DNA of 64,000 bases from Candidatus Latescibacterota bacterium (GTDB taxonomy: Bacteria > Latescibacterota > UBA2968 > UBA8231): the NCBI GenBank assembly GCA_965217585.1, contig OZ244561.1, positions 4,320,001-4,384,000 of the forward strand, written 5' to 3'. Shown one piece after another: positions 1 to 15,046 of this stretch. A program made the translations under genes and the position numbers. Below the pieces are notes generated by a model. It saw only the letters and a list, made by a program, of their open reading frames with translations. It had not been told where the DNA came from and ran no database searches. Each line of letters begins with the position of its first letter. Position 1 is the stretch's first letter.

Positions 1-688
1 AGATCACCGCCGTCTCCGGGCTGGGCATGTTGGGTGACGGCGGCACCCACGGCAGGCCGGTGTCCTCCCAGTAAAAGGAGCGTTGCCAGCCCTCCATGGC
101 GACGACGTGTAGTTCCGCGCCGATTCCGTATTCCTCGTTGAAGAGCCGGGCGAGTTCGCCGATGCTCAGGCCGTAGCGCACTGGGATCGGGTACTGCCCG
201 ACGAAAGAGGCAAACGCCGGGTCGAGACAATTTCCGCCGATGGCTTGGCCGCCAATGGGGTTGGGGCGGTCGAGGACGAGGAAGGGGATGCCCGCTTGGG
301 CGCAGGCGGCCATGCTCAGGCTCATGGTGTAGAGATAGGTATAAAAGCGTGCACCAACGTCTTGGATATCAAAGAGCATCAGCTCGACGCCCGCGAGCAT
401 GGCCGCGTCCGGTGCCCGCGCTTGGCCGTAGAGGCTGTAGGTTGGTACGCCGGTGCGCTCATCGGTGGAATGGGCGATGTGCTCGCCGTCCTGCGCTGCA
501 CCGCGGATCCCGTGCTCCGGCCCATACAATGCGACGAGCGCACAGAGATCGGATTGGTGTAGGCGGTCTGCTGTGGACTGCAGGCGCGCATCGACTCCTG
601 AGTGATTGGTAATCAGGCCGACGCGCCGGCCGCGGATCAAGTCGGCGTCCGCGAGCAGGCGTTCGCACCCGAGGACGACGCGACTCAT
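1..688 (-). CDS. DUF1343 / exo-beta-N-acetylmuramidase NamZ-like protein (3' end outside window)
   Basis: Not in ORF track; manual translation from ATG 688: MSRVVLGCERLL...GLITNHSG...LYGPEHG...FDIQDVGARFYTY...LDRPNPIGG...WVPPSPNMP; ATGA overlap with GT2 stop. Confidence 0.9.
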   Translation of the reverse strand, partial: MSRVVLGCERLLADADLIRGRRVGLITNHSGVDARLQSTADRLHQSDLCALVALYGPEHGIRGAAQDGEHIAHSTDERTGVPTYSLYGQARAPDAAMLAGVELMLFDIQDVGARFYTYLYTMSLSMAACAQAGIPFLVLDRPNPIGGQAIGGNCLDPAFASFVGQYPIPVRYGLSIGELARLFNEEYGIGAELHVVAMEGWQRSFYWEDTGLPWVPPSPNMPSPETAVI

Positions 689-1725
689 CGGGCTGCGTCC
701 GGCTCGGGCACGAGGGCGGAGGCGCATTGGACGCGGCGAGCAAAGTACTGGTAGAGAACGCTGCCCGAATAGACGCCGTCGTGTGCGGCTGATGCACAGC
801 GGATGGCTTGGCTCTGGCGGCGGCGGCGATAGATGTTGCGCGGATGCGCGAGGCACCAAAGCAAGGCGGCACAAGGGGCCAGCGCGCTGGCCCACCGGCC
901 TCGGCGGACGTAGTAGAGCACGGCCAACACCTCCAACCACAGGCGCAAGGGCAGTAGCCACAGCAGGCGGCTCAGCCCCTCGTTTTTGCACAGCGTGATG
1001 AGACTATTGCGGTGGTTGAAGTACGTCTTGCGGAAGGTAGCCGGGGGCTGGGAAAAGCCCGAGTGGTGAAAAACCACGGATTGCGGCACGGCGCGGATCT
1101 GGTAGCCCGCGAGTTGGAGACGCCAGCACAAGTCGATTTCCTCAAAGTGCATGAAGTACTCGGGATCGAAAAATCCAACTTGGCGCACCGCGGAGACGCG
1201 GAGGAAGAGAGCTGCGCCGCAGGCCCAAAAGAGTGGTACGGACGCATCGTATTGGCCCTCGTCGCGCTCGCAGCGGTCGAAGAGCCGTCCCCGACAAAAG
1301 GCGTACCCCAAGGCGTCGATATAGCCGCCGGCCCCGCCTCCGTAGTCGAAGTACTCGGGCGCGCTGGCCGAGCGCAGCTTGGGCTGGCAGGCGGCAATCT
1401 GGGGGTTGCTGTCGGCCATGGCGACGAGGGGGGCGAGCCAGTTCGGCTCGACGCGAGTGTCGTCGTTGAGCAGCACTGCGTAGGGAGTGTGGGCGGCCGC
1501 CAAGCCCCGGTTGCAGGCTGCGGCAAACCCTAAATTGCGCTCGTTGCGCAAGACTGCTAGCTCGGGAAAAGCGGCTTTGGCTCGCTGCAAGCTCGGCGCG
1601 TTGCCACCGTCGTCAACGACGAGCACACAGATGGGGTAATCGCTGTGTGCATAGACCGAGGCCACGCAGTCGTAGAGTACGTCCGCGCGGTAGTGAGGGA
1701 TGACGACGGTGACGGCCTCGGTCAT
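685..1725 (-). CDS. Glycosyltransferase family 2 (GT2)
   Basis: VVDDG, NLGFAAACNRG, LLNDD, EEIDLCWR motifs. Confidence 0.9.
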   Translation of the reverse strand: MTEAVTVVIPHYRADVLYDCVASVYAHSDYPICVLVVDDGGNAPSLQRAKAAFPELAVLRNERNLGFAAACNRGLAAAHTPYAVLLNDDTRVEPNWLAPLVAMADSNPQIAACQPKLRSASAPEYFDYGGGAGGYIDALGYAFCRGRLFDRCERDEGQYDASVPLFWACGAALFLRVSAVRQVGFFDPEYFMHFEEIDLCWRLQLAGYQIRAVPQSVVFHHSGFSQPPATFRKTYFNHRNSLITLCKNEGLSRLLWLLPLRLWLEVLAVLYYVRRGRWASALAPCAALLWCLAHPRNIYRRRRQSQAIRCASAAHDGVYSGSVLYQYFARRVQCASALVPEPDAAR

Positions 1726-4292
1726 GGAGAGGCGGACTGGCGGAGGATGCGCTCGGCCTCGACCAACTCCGGCCGCTCGCCGTATTGCTCTTTGTACTGC
1801 TGGAGGATGGCCAGTGCCCCGGGAATATCGCCCTTGGCCTGTAGGACGGCGGCCAACTCGTAGTAGCCCTCCCAGCGGGCCGGGGCGAGGGCGATGGCTT
1901 GGTGATAGAGACCCTCGGCGTGGTCGTAGGCCGAGTAGGGTTCTTGGATCAGCACGCCGGTCAGCGCGATGATATTGTCATAGGTGGCGGCCGGCTCAAT
2001 GCCCACGCGCTCGATGAGGAACCGCGCGGCCTCGTAGATGTGCTCGGTCGCTACGTCGTGCTGGCCGAGCTCGCTGAAGTAATCGGCCGCCGCATAGTGG
2101 TTTTCCCAGCTCAGGTAGATGTTGTCCCGCGCCCACTGCATGAGCTGCGGCACCTCGGCTCTGCGGCCCTGTTCTTCATAGCTGCGGGCCAATTGCAAGA
2201 CGCAAGCCCAGTAGTTGCCCAAGAGGCGCTCGGAGTTGTCGTCCTTGTACAAGGACGGATCGTTGAGGCCGCGGAAGCGGTAGTTCTCGAGGAGATTGCG
2301 CTCTAGAGCCTCGTCATCTACTCCGTCTGTAGGCTCGGGCGAGGCTTTTAAGCTCATGCCGACCATCGTCAGATAGGGGTCGAGGTTGAGCAGGTTGCTG
2401 GTGGGAACGGTGATGGCAAAGTGGATGGGTTTTTTCCACTCGTTCCAGGCCAGAATTTTGATGACCATGACGTCTTGGACGCGGAGAATCGGGTACTCGG
2501 GGGGAGCGCTCACTTCCACGTCAATTCCCAATTTCTTTAACTCCGGCGGCACCTTGGGATCGGGCCAGTACCGTTTGTAGAAATCGACCATCTGCGTGTC
2601 GGTGAGCACCGAGTCGATGAAGTCGTCGGTGTAGCGGATGTCGATGTGCGGCTCGCGGTCGCGCAGTTGCTTGATGTACCAGCCGGTGTTCAACAAGCTC
2701 AAGTTGACCACCCGCACATCGCGCCGCACCCCTTCTACCTCCTGCAAGAACCACAGCGGAAACGTGTCGTTGTCCCCGTTGGTGAACAGGATGGAGCCTT
2801 CCTCACAGCTAGACAGCATGTTGTACGCGTAATCATAGGCGATAAAGTCGCCCGTGCGGTCTTCCACGTGATAGAGCCGCGCCGCCACCCCGGCCGGCAG
2901 CAACAACCCGGCCGCCGCCACCGCTATCACGACCGCCCGATGTCGCCCCCAGTGCTGCCGCACCGCCTCCACCACGCCGAGCCAGCCCAACCCTATCCAC
3001 AGCGCGAACGCCAAGTACATCCCGCCAAACACGTAGTGCCGCTCGCGCGGCTGCGGGTCTGGCATATTCAGGTAGAGCGATAGCCCAAACCCCATCACCA
3101 AGAACAGCAACAACACGCCCCCGAACCGCCGCCAGTCCCGCCGCCAATGCCACCACAACCCCCACAGCCCCAGCCCGTACGGCACCAGCGAAATGGATAT
3201 CCGATCCGGTAGGTTTATGGTGGCCTTGCGGAAATCCACGACCCGCTCCAAAAGCGGAAAGGGAAACTGCTGAAAGAAGTACTTCATCTGCTGATCCCAG
3301 AACTGATAGGAGCGGCTCGCCCGCGCCGTCAGCATGGTCGTCAGCATACTCTCGGTGCCGTATTGCTCGCGGTTGAGAAACTTGAGGAACGCCGCCCAAG
3401 TCTCTGGATCGTTCTCGTCGATGGCCGGATTCAAGCCGGAGCGAATGTACAACGCGCCATACGTGGAATAGCCCAGCGCGAATAGCACGAGGACGCCTAG
3501 CAGCAAAACGAACAGCCGCCGGTCGCGGCCGTACAGGTACGCCAGCAGCCCCGCCAGCCCCAGCACCATCACCCCGTTCGAGCCAGCCCCCGGCCCCAAT
3601 GCCACCAGTCCCAGCCCACTGACCACGCCCCAGCCGACTAGCAGCACGATCAGCCGTTGCAACTGGCGGTCGGCAAACCACGCCAGCAGCATAAGCGATG
3701 GAATCGTCAACAGACACAATAGGTGCACGCCGCCGCCGAGGCCGAACAAATACGCCAGCGCCAACAGCCAGCGGTCGTTGGCCGCACCGGCACCGCTGCC
3801 TTCCCAGTAGAGAATCAGCCACAGCCCCAGACACGTAAACAAGATGGAGTAGCCATAGACCTCGGCTTCGGAGGCGTTGTACCACTGGGTGTAGGAAAAC
3901 GCCAACGTCAGCGCGGCCACGGCCCCGCCAGCGAGGACGCCGATGTCGCGGGCGTCGCCTAGCGGTTGCAGGGGCTGGCCGCCCAAGGCCCGCCGCCCCA
4001 GCGCGACGGTCGATAGATAGACGCACCAAATAGCCAGCGCGGAGGTCAGCGCGGACATGAAGTTGACGCGGATGGCGACTTCGCCGATGGGGAACAAGGT
4101 GAAGACCCGCCCCAACAGCACGTACAAAGAAGCGCCCGGCGGATGGGGCACACCGAGGATATAGGACGTGGCGATGAACTCGCCGCAGTCCCAAAACGAC
4201 ACAGTTGGCGCGAGGGTCTTCACGTACACCCCCAACGTCAACACGAAAATCCCCACCCCGAAAACCCGGTGGATTACAGCGGAATTAGGCAT
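1722..4292 (-). CDS. DUF2723 (TMEM260-like, GT-C fold) membrane glycosyltransferase with C-terminal TPR-like helices
   Basis: TVSFWDCGEFIA, HPPG, EAEVY, FTNGDNDTFPLW motifs; many TM segments. Confidence 0.85.
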   Translation of the reverse strand: MPNSAVIHRVFGVGIFVLTLGVYVKTLAPTVSFWDCGEFIATSYILGVPHPPGASLYVLLGRVFTLFPIGEVAIRVNFMSALTSALAIWCVYLSTVALGRRALGGQPLQPLGDARDIGVLAGGAVAALTLAFSYTQWYNASEAEVYGYSILFTCLGLWLILYWEGSGAGAANDRWLLALAYLFGLGGGVHLLCLLTIPSLMLLAWFADRQLQRLIVLLVGWGVVSGLGLVALGPGAGSNGVMVLGLAGLLAYLYGRDRRLFVLLLGVLVLFALGYSTYGALYIRSGLNPAIDENDPETWAAFLKFLNREQYGTESMLTTMLTARASRSYQFWDQQMKYFFQQFPFPLLERVVDFRKATINLPDRISISLVPYGLGLWGLWWHWRRDWRRFGGVLLLFLVMGFGLSLYLNMPDPQPRERHYVFGGMYLAFALWIGLGWLGVVEAVRQHWGRHRAVVIAVAAAGLLLPAGVAARLYHVEDRTGDFIAYDYAYNMLSSCEEGSILFTNGDNDTFPLWFLQEVEGVRRDVRVVNLSLLNTGWYIKQLRDREPHIDIRYTDDFIDSVLTDTQMVDFYKRYWPDPKVPPELKKLGIDVEVSAPPEYPILRVQDVMVIKILAWNEWKKPIHFAITVPTSNLLNLDPYLTMVGMSLKASPEPTDGVDDEALERNLLENYRFRGLNDPSLYKDDNSERLLGNYWACVLQLARSYEEQGRRAEVPQLMQWARDNIYLSWENHYAAADYFSELGQHDVATEHIYEAARFLIERVGIEPAATYDNIIALTGVLIQEPYSAYDHAEGLYHQAIALAPARWEGYYELAAVLQAKGDIPGALAILQQYKEQYGERPELVEAERILRQSASP

Positions 4293-4373
4293 TGGCTTGG
4301 TCTTGGGTGAATGCGCGGGTAAACGAGCTAAACTTACAATTAATATAAGATAGGTAAAAGGACGCCCACCGCC

Positions 4374-5023
4374 CTAGCCCGCCAGTTCGGCCGTGCCCCA
4401 AGTGCTCGGATCGCGTTCTACGCCCATGTCCGAGATCGACGACCAAGACTGGGTGCCGTGCTGCGAGTCGTGCAACAGGTATGCAAACCCCACGCGACTG
4501 AATTCCCTCGGCGCAAAACCATTGAGACCCGCGGCCGGCAGTTTGATCTCTAGCTGATAGCTCCGCTTGAGCCGGCGCAGGCCGGTCTCAATCGAGTCTT
4601 CTGGACAGGGCGGTGCCTGTTCGCGGGCGTCCTCAATGGAGGTCTGGCGGGCGATGGGTTGCTTGCCGTCCTTGCCGCTGCCGCCGGGCAAGACGTAAAA
4701 CCGGTGGCAGAAGCGGTTGGCGCGGTGCTCCTTGACGTCGCGGGTGTCGATGAAGAGTTCGAGGCTGTCGCCGGCAGCAGGTTGCAGCGGGTTGAGCTTG
4801 TAGGTCGTCTTTTTTTTGACCTCGCAGGCAAAATACAGGCCGCTGTCGTCGTAGGACATATAGACCGAGGCAAAGGGCTGCTGGCCATCGACGGCCATCA
4901 GGTCGGGCACGCGCGCTGCGTCGTCCCAATCGCGCAAGTTGCCGTTGATTTTGGGCGGCTTTTGCCGCCGCGGGCAGCGGAAGGAAAACTCGAAAAAGGC
5001 GCGTTGGGGCAGGTACAACTCGC

Positions 5024-5027
<4 letters not shown>
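4374..5027 (-). CDS. CBM9/DOMON-like sugar-binding domain protein, no signal peptide
   Basis: PPKINGNLRDW, YDDSGLYFA, DSLELFID, YQLEIKLP, PSTWG. Confidence 0.65.
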
Positions 5028-10693
<5,666 letters not shown>

Positions 10694-10905
10694 GGCTCCA
10701 TGTAGCGCGCAAGGGGAAGGGAAAGGAATCAAAAAATATACTATACGGATGTGCAGCGGGCAAGCGGGGGAGTGCGGAATGAAGCGAGGGGGTTTTAGCT
10801 ATGCGTTGAGGGAGCAGGGTACCGCTTGCGAATTTCCGTCTGCAAGGTGGCAACGGAAAGGTTAACGGACCGTCGAACCCTTGCAATCATTCTCTGCGTC
10901 GTTGC

Positions 10906-10934
10906 TTGACGACCCTTTTTCACCTCCCTATACT
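10906..10934 (+). promoter_or_regulatory. Sigma70-type promoter
   Basis: TTGACG-17bp-TATACT upstream of RBS GAGGAG and ATG 10991. Confidence 0.75.
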
Positions 10935-10990
10935 AGCCCCTCGGTAATTCAGTAAAATCAATTGTTTATCACCCAAGAGGAGTTGCTAAA

Positions 10991-11791
10991 ATGATTCATT
11001 TAGGGGCCAATTCGGTGCTCTTTGCAGGATTCGATTTGGAAACGGCGATGCGCCATATCCACCTCGCCGGATACGACGGCGTCGAGCTGGCGGCGATCAG
11101 GGGCATGTGCGAGCATTTGCAGTTGGACAACTGGCAGGCGCAGGCCAACCAAATAAAAGAGTTGGCGGAAAAATACGAGCTGAAGTTGCTGGCGATGGAG
11201 GAAGCTGCCCTCGACGAAGAGCGCCTGATGCTCGCTTTTGCGGCTGGCGCTGAGATTGGCATTCCCGTTATCAACGTCGGTCCGGGGGGCAAAAGCGATG
11301 TGGAGGAAGATTTCGACCGGCAGGTCGCGCTGTTGGCCAAAATGGCCGATAGGGCGCACGAACACGGCGTGACGCTGTGCGCTAAGGCGCACGTGGGGCA
11401 GTGCATTTACGATACGCCGACCACGTTGCGGGCGATGGAGCGGATCGATTCGCCGGGGTTTGGGGTGGATATGGATCCGAGCCACATCCATCGGGCGGGG
11501 GAGAATACGGTAGAGGCGCTGGCGGCGGTTATTTCGCGGGTAAAGCACGTTCACATAAGGGATTGTGCTGTGGCAGAAGGCGGGCCGGGCGCGCCGGAGT
11601 TGCAGGCGTGTGGGCGAGGCAACATCGATTTGTTCGGGTACGTCAAGGTGCTGCACGAAGCTGGACTAGATGTGGCGGCTAACTTGGAAGTGATTGGTGC
11701 CAAGGAATACGACTTGGGGCAGGTGGCGACGATTGCGGCGGAGAGCCGGGGATATTTGAACGCCTGCTTGCGGGCTTGCGGTGCCCGTTAG
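10991..11791 (+). CDS. Sugar phosphate isomerase/epimerase (xylose isomerase-like TIM barrel)
   Basis: GYDGVEL, DMDPSH, HVHIRD, G.G.ID motifs. Confidence 0.85.
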   Translation: MIHLGANSVLFAGFDLETAMRHIHLAGYDGVELAAIRGMCEHLQLDNWQAQANQIKELAEKYELKLLAMEEAALDEERLMLAFAAGAEIGIPVINVGPGGKSDVEEDFDRQVALLAKMADRAHEHGVTLCAKAHVGQCIYDTPTTLRAMERIDSPGFGVDMDPSHIHRAGENTVEALAAVISRVKHVHIRDCAVAEGGPGAPELQACGRGNIDLFGYVKVLHEAGLDVAANLEVIGAKEYDLGQVATIAAESRGYLNACLRACGAR

Positions 11792-12332
11792 TCGCGCCTT
11801 TGTCGCCATCCGGGTGCCAGCGGCGCTGGGAAAGCTGAGCGACGAGATGCGACCGTTGTGGCCGGCGCAGGGTGTGAGTTGGGTGTCGCCGGAGAACCTT
11901 CATCTGACGCTGCGCTTTCTCGGCGCGGCTGAGGACGCGCAAATCGCCGCGTTGAGGCAGGGGCTGACGGCGGTTGCCGCCCGGCACGAGGGGTTTGTCG
12001 CGGCTATCGAGCAAAGCGGCTGCTTTCCCAATCGCCGTCGGCCGAAGGTTATTTGGGCTGGAGTGGCGGATGCGGACGGACGGTTGGGTGCGTTGCAACG
12101 GGATGTTGAAGAAGTGGTGTGCGCTGCTGGTTGGGAGCCGGAGGAACGGGCCTTCCGCCCGCACGTGACGCTGGGTCGGGTGCGAGCAGAGGTGCGCCCG
12201 CCACGCAGCAAGTGGAGTGGCGATCTGCCACCGTTGCAGGTTCCGGTGGAGGCGGTGGAGCTGATCGAAAGCATCCTCAAGCCGACCGGAGCCGAGTATC
12301 GTACCTTGCACCGAGCGGAACTCTCATTGTAA
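11781..12332 (+). CDS. thpR: RNA 2',3'-cyclic phosphodiesterase (2H family)
   Basis: RAFVAI, HLTLRFLG and PHVTLGR HxT motifs. Confidence 0.9.
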   Translation: MPVSRAFVAIRVPAALGKLSDEMRPLWPAQGVSWVSPENLHLTLRFLGAAEDAQIAALRQGLTAVAARHEGFVAAIEQSGCFPNRRRPKVIWAGVADADGRLGALQRDVEEVVCAAGWEPEERAFRPHVTLGRVRAEVRPPRSKWSGDLPPLQVPVEAVELIESILKPTGAEYRTLHRAELSL

Positions 12333-12343
12333 AGGAACTTTAT

Positions 12344-13105
12344 ATGCCCGGCCGACCCTACATCCTCGCCGAGACCAATTGGCAGACCGTAGAGCAAACT
12401 CCTTACGAGGTGGCGATCCTGCCGTGGGGGGCTACGGAAGCCCACAACTTTCACCTGCCCTACTCGACCGACGTGGTGCAGTGCGACGAAATCGTCGCGG
12501 TCGCGGCCCGCATCGCCTGGGAGCAGGACGCCAAGGTCATCGTCTTGCCGACCGTGCCCTTTGGCGTCAACACCGGCCAGTTCGATATCAAGCTGGACCT
12601 CAATCTCAACCCCTCGACCCAGTTCGCCGTCCTGCAAGACTTGGCCGAGGTGCTCGCCCATCAGGGCATTCCCAAGCTGCTCATTGTGAACGGGCACGGC
12701 GGCAACGACTTCAAGCAGATGGTGCGGGAGCTTTTGCCGCGCTTTGCGATGTTTATTTGCTGCATGGATTGGTACCGCATTGCCGATCAGGGGCTTTTCG
12801 CGGCTGGCGGCGACCACGCCAACGAGATGGAAACCAGCCTCATGCAATACTTGCGGCCAGATTGGGTACTGCCCCTATCGGAGGCGGGCAGCGGCCACGA
12901 GCACAAGTTTAAGATCGCCGCGCTGCGGGAAGGCTGGGTCTGGACCCAGCGCGATTGGACGCAGGCGACCGACGACACAGGCATCGGCGACCCGCGCCAA
13001 GCCACCCCGGAAAAGGGCCGCCGCTGCTTGGAGCAAGTGGCCGCGCAACTCGCCGGATTTTTGGTCGAGTTGGCCGCCGCCGACCTAGATGACCTCTACG
13101 AGTAG
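12344..13105 (+). CDS. Creatininase family protein
   Basis: LPWGATEAH..HLP..TD, NGHGGN, DHANEMETS; ATG after AAGGAA. Confidence 0.9.
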   Translation: MPGRPYILAETNWQTVEQTPYEVAILPWGATEAHNFHLPYSTDVVQCDEIVAVAARIAWEQDAKVIVLPTVPFGVNTGQFDIKLDLNLNPSTQFAVLQDLAEVLAHQGIPKLLIVNGHGGNDFKQMVRELLPRFAMFICCMDWYRIADQGLFAAGGDHANEMETSLMQYLRPDWVLPLSEAGSGHEHKFKIAALREGWVWTQRDWTQATDDTGIGDPRQATPEKGRRCLEQVAAQLAGFLVELAAADLDDLYE

Positions 13106-14168
13106 GGCCGTGCAATTTTACGCGTTCGTCGCCCCCGGGCTAGAGGAAATCGCCCAACGAGAAATCGCGGCGCGCTTGGGAGCCGAGCGGCAGGGCCATC
13201 AGCGCGGTGTGGTGTTTTTTGCGACGGACGCTCCGCCGCAAGCCTTGCTCTCTTTGGGGACGACCGAGGATGTGTTCGCGTTGGTGGCTCGCGGCCGGGT
13301 GGACGCGGTGCGCGAGGGCTTGGCAGAGGCCGGCGCACTCGTTGCGGAGTCGCCGCTTTTTGAAGAAGCCGTGGGCGCGCATCGCCGCGCTCGCCCCAAG
13401 CGGATCAAGCGCATTACCTATCGGATTGTGGCCCAGCGTCGCAGCGGGCAGCAGCGCTATGTGCGCCGAGAGATGCACCGCGCCTTGCAGCGGGCCGTTG
13501 CGTGGCGTTTCCCGCGCTGGAAGCATGTGGCCGAGCAAGCGCTGTTGGAGGTGTGGGGTTTGGAGGCCGCGGGCGAGCTGATCTGCGGGGTGCGCCTTTC
13601 CGACGGGACCATGCGCCACCGCACCTACAAGGTCGCGCAAGTGGAGGCTTCATTGCGGCCGACGGTGGCGCGGGCCTTAGTGATGCTATCCGAGCCAGAG
13701 GATGGCGATGTGGTCCTCGACCCTATGTGTGGGGCCGGGACTATCCTCATTGAGCGGGGGCTGTACGGCCGCTACGGCCAGCTATTGGGCGGCGACATTA
13801 GTTCGGACGCTGTGGCCGCCGCTCGGACGAACATCGGCCCGCGCTACAAGCCGATCGCCATCCGCCAATGGGATGCGCGAGATTTGCCCTTGGACGACGG
13901 CAGCGTAGATCGGGTGGTGTGCAACCTGCCCTTTGGCAAAAAGATCGGCCAGCCGCAAGCGTTGCGCACGCTCTACGAGGGTTTTGCTCGCGAGGTGGCA
14001 AGAGTGCTAAGGGCCGGTGGAGTGGCCGTGTGCCTGACTAGCGAGCGCACCCTGCTGGCCGAAGCATTCGGCGCATGGCCGGGTATGTACATGGAGCGCG
14101 TGTTCCCGGTCGAGGTGCTGGGGCAACAGGCGTTTGGTTGTAAATTGAAGAAAGGCGCTGACCGTTAG
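13089..14168 (+). CDS. THUMP-associated class I SAM-dependent RNA methyltransferase (UPF0020-like)
   Basis: PGLEEIA, ASLRPTVA, LDPMCGAGTILIE, CNLPFG. Confidence 0.8.
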   Translation: MTSTSRAVQFYAFVAPGLEEIAQREIAARLGAERQGHQRGVVFFATDAPPQALLSLGTTEDVFALVARGRVDAVREGLAEAGALVAESPLFEEAVGAHRRARPKRIKRITYRIVAQRRSGQQRYVRREMHRALQRAVAWRFPRWKHVAEQALLEVWGLEAAGELICGVRLSDGTMRHRTYKVAQVEASLRPTVARALVMLSEPEDGDVVLDPMCGAGTILIERGLYGRYGQLLGGDISSDAVAAARTNIGPRYKPIAIRQWDARDLPLDDGSVDRVVCNLPFGKKIGQPQALRTLYEGFAREVARVLRAGGVAVCLTSERTLLAEAFGAWPGMYMERVFPVEVLGQQAFGCKLKKGADR

Positions 14169-14207
14169 AGCAGCGCATGAGACATTACATAAACAAAGGA
14201 GATAGTC

Positions 14208-14996
14208 ATGGCTGATTTTACGGGCCAAGTAGTTATCGTAACCGGCGGTGCTAAGGGCATTGGTGGGGGGATTTCGCGGGCGTTCGCCAGCCAAGGAGCG
14301 CAGGTGGCAGCGTTGGACATAGACGCGGAGGCTGGCGCGGCCTTGGCCGAGGAGGAGGGCCAGATCCGCTTTTTTGAGGCCGACGTATCCAGCGACGAGG
14401 TCTGCGCCCAAACCGTGGGACAGATCATCGACGATTGGGGCCGCGTTGACGTGTTGTGCAACAACGTCGGCATCCAGCCTGTGCCCAGCTATCTGCCGGC
14501 CCACGAGCTGCCGATAGAAATGTGGGATCGGATCATTGACGTCAATCTGAAGAGCTTCTTCCTGATGGCTAGACATTGCTTGCCGCAGATGATGGAGCAG
14601 CGCAAGGGGGTCATTATCAACACGGCCAGCGTCCAGGGTTTGCAGTCGGCGTCGATGGTTTCGGCTTATGCCGCCAGCAAGGGCGGGATTATTTCTCTGA
14701 CGAGGCAGCTTGCGCTCGACTACGCCCGGTACGGAATTCGGGTTTTGGCGGTCAATCCAGGGGGCATTCAGACGCCGTTAGTCGATGAGGTGATTGAGGC
14801 ATTCGGCCACGAGCGCGAGCAATTTTTCAAGGACTACGCCAGAATCCATCCGATTGGCCGCTATGGGCAGCCGGAAGACATTGCCAACGCCATGTTGTTC
14901 TTGGCTAGCGACAAGGCATCGTTTATGACTGGCGAGAATGTCTGCGTCGATGGGGGGCTGATGGCTAAGGGGGCGTGGGCTGAGGTTGAGGAGTGA
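14208..14996 (+). CDS. SDR family oxidoreductase
   Basis: TGGAKGIG, YAASKGG, GENVCVDGG. Confidence 0.92.
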   Translation: MADFTGQVVIVTGGAKGIGGGISRAFASQGAQVAALDIDAEAGAALAEEEGQIRFFEADVSSDEVCAQTVGQIIDDWGRVDVLCNNVGIQPVPSYLPAHELPIEMWDRIIDVNLKSFFLMARHCLPQMMEQRKGVIINTASVQGLQSASMVSAYAASKGGIISLTRQLALDYARYGIRVLAVNPGGIQTPLVDEVIEAFGHEREQFFKDYARIHPIGRYGQPEDIANAMLFLASDKASFMTGENVCVDGGLMAKGAWAEVEE

Positions 14997-15046
14997 GAGA
15001 GCGGGGATTGTCGCCGAAGTAGTTTAATGAATGAAGAAATAGATAT

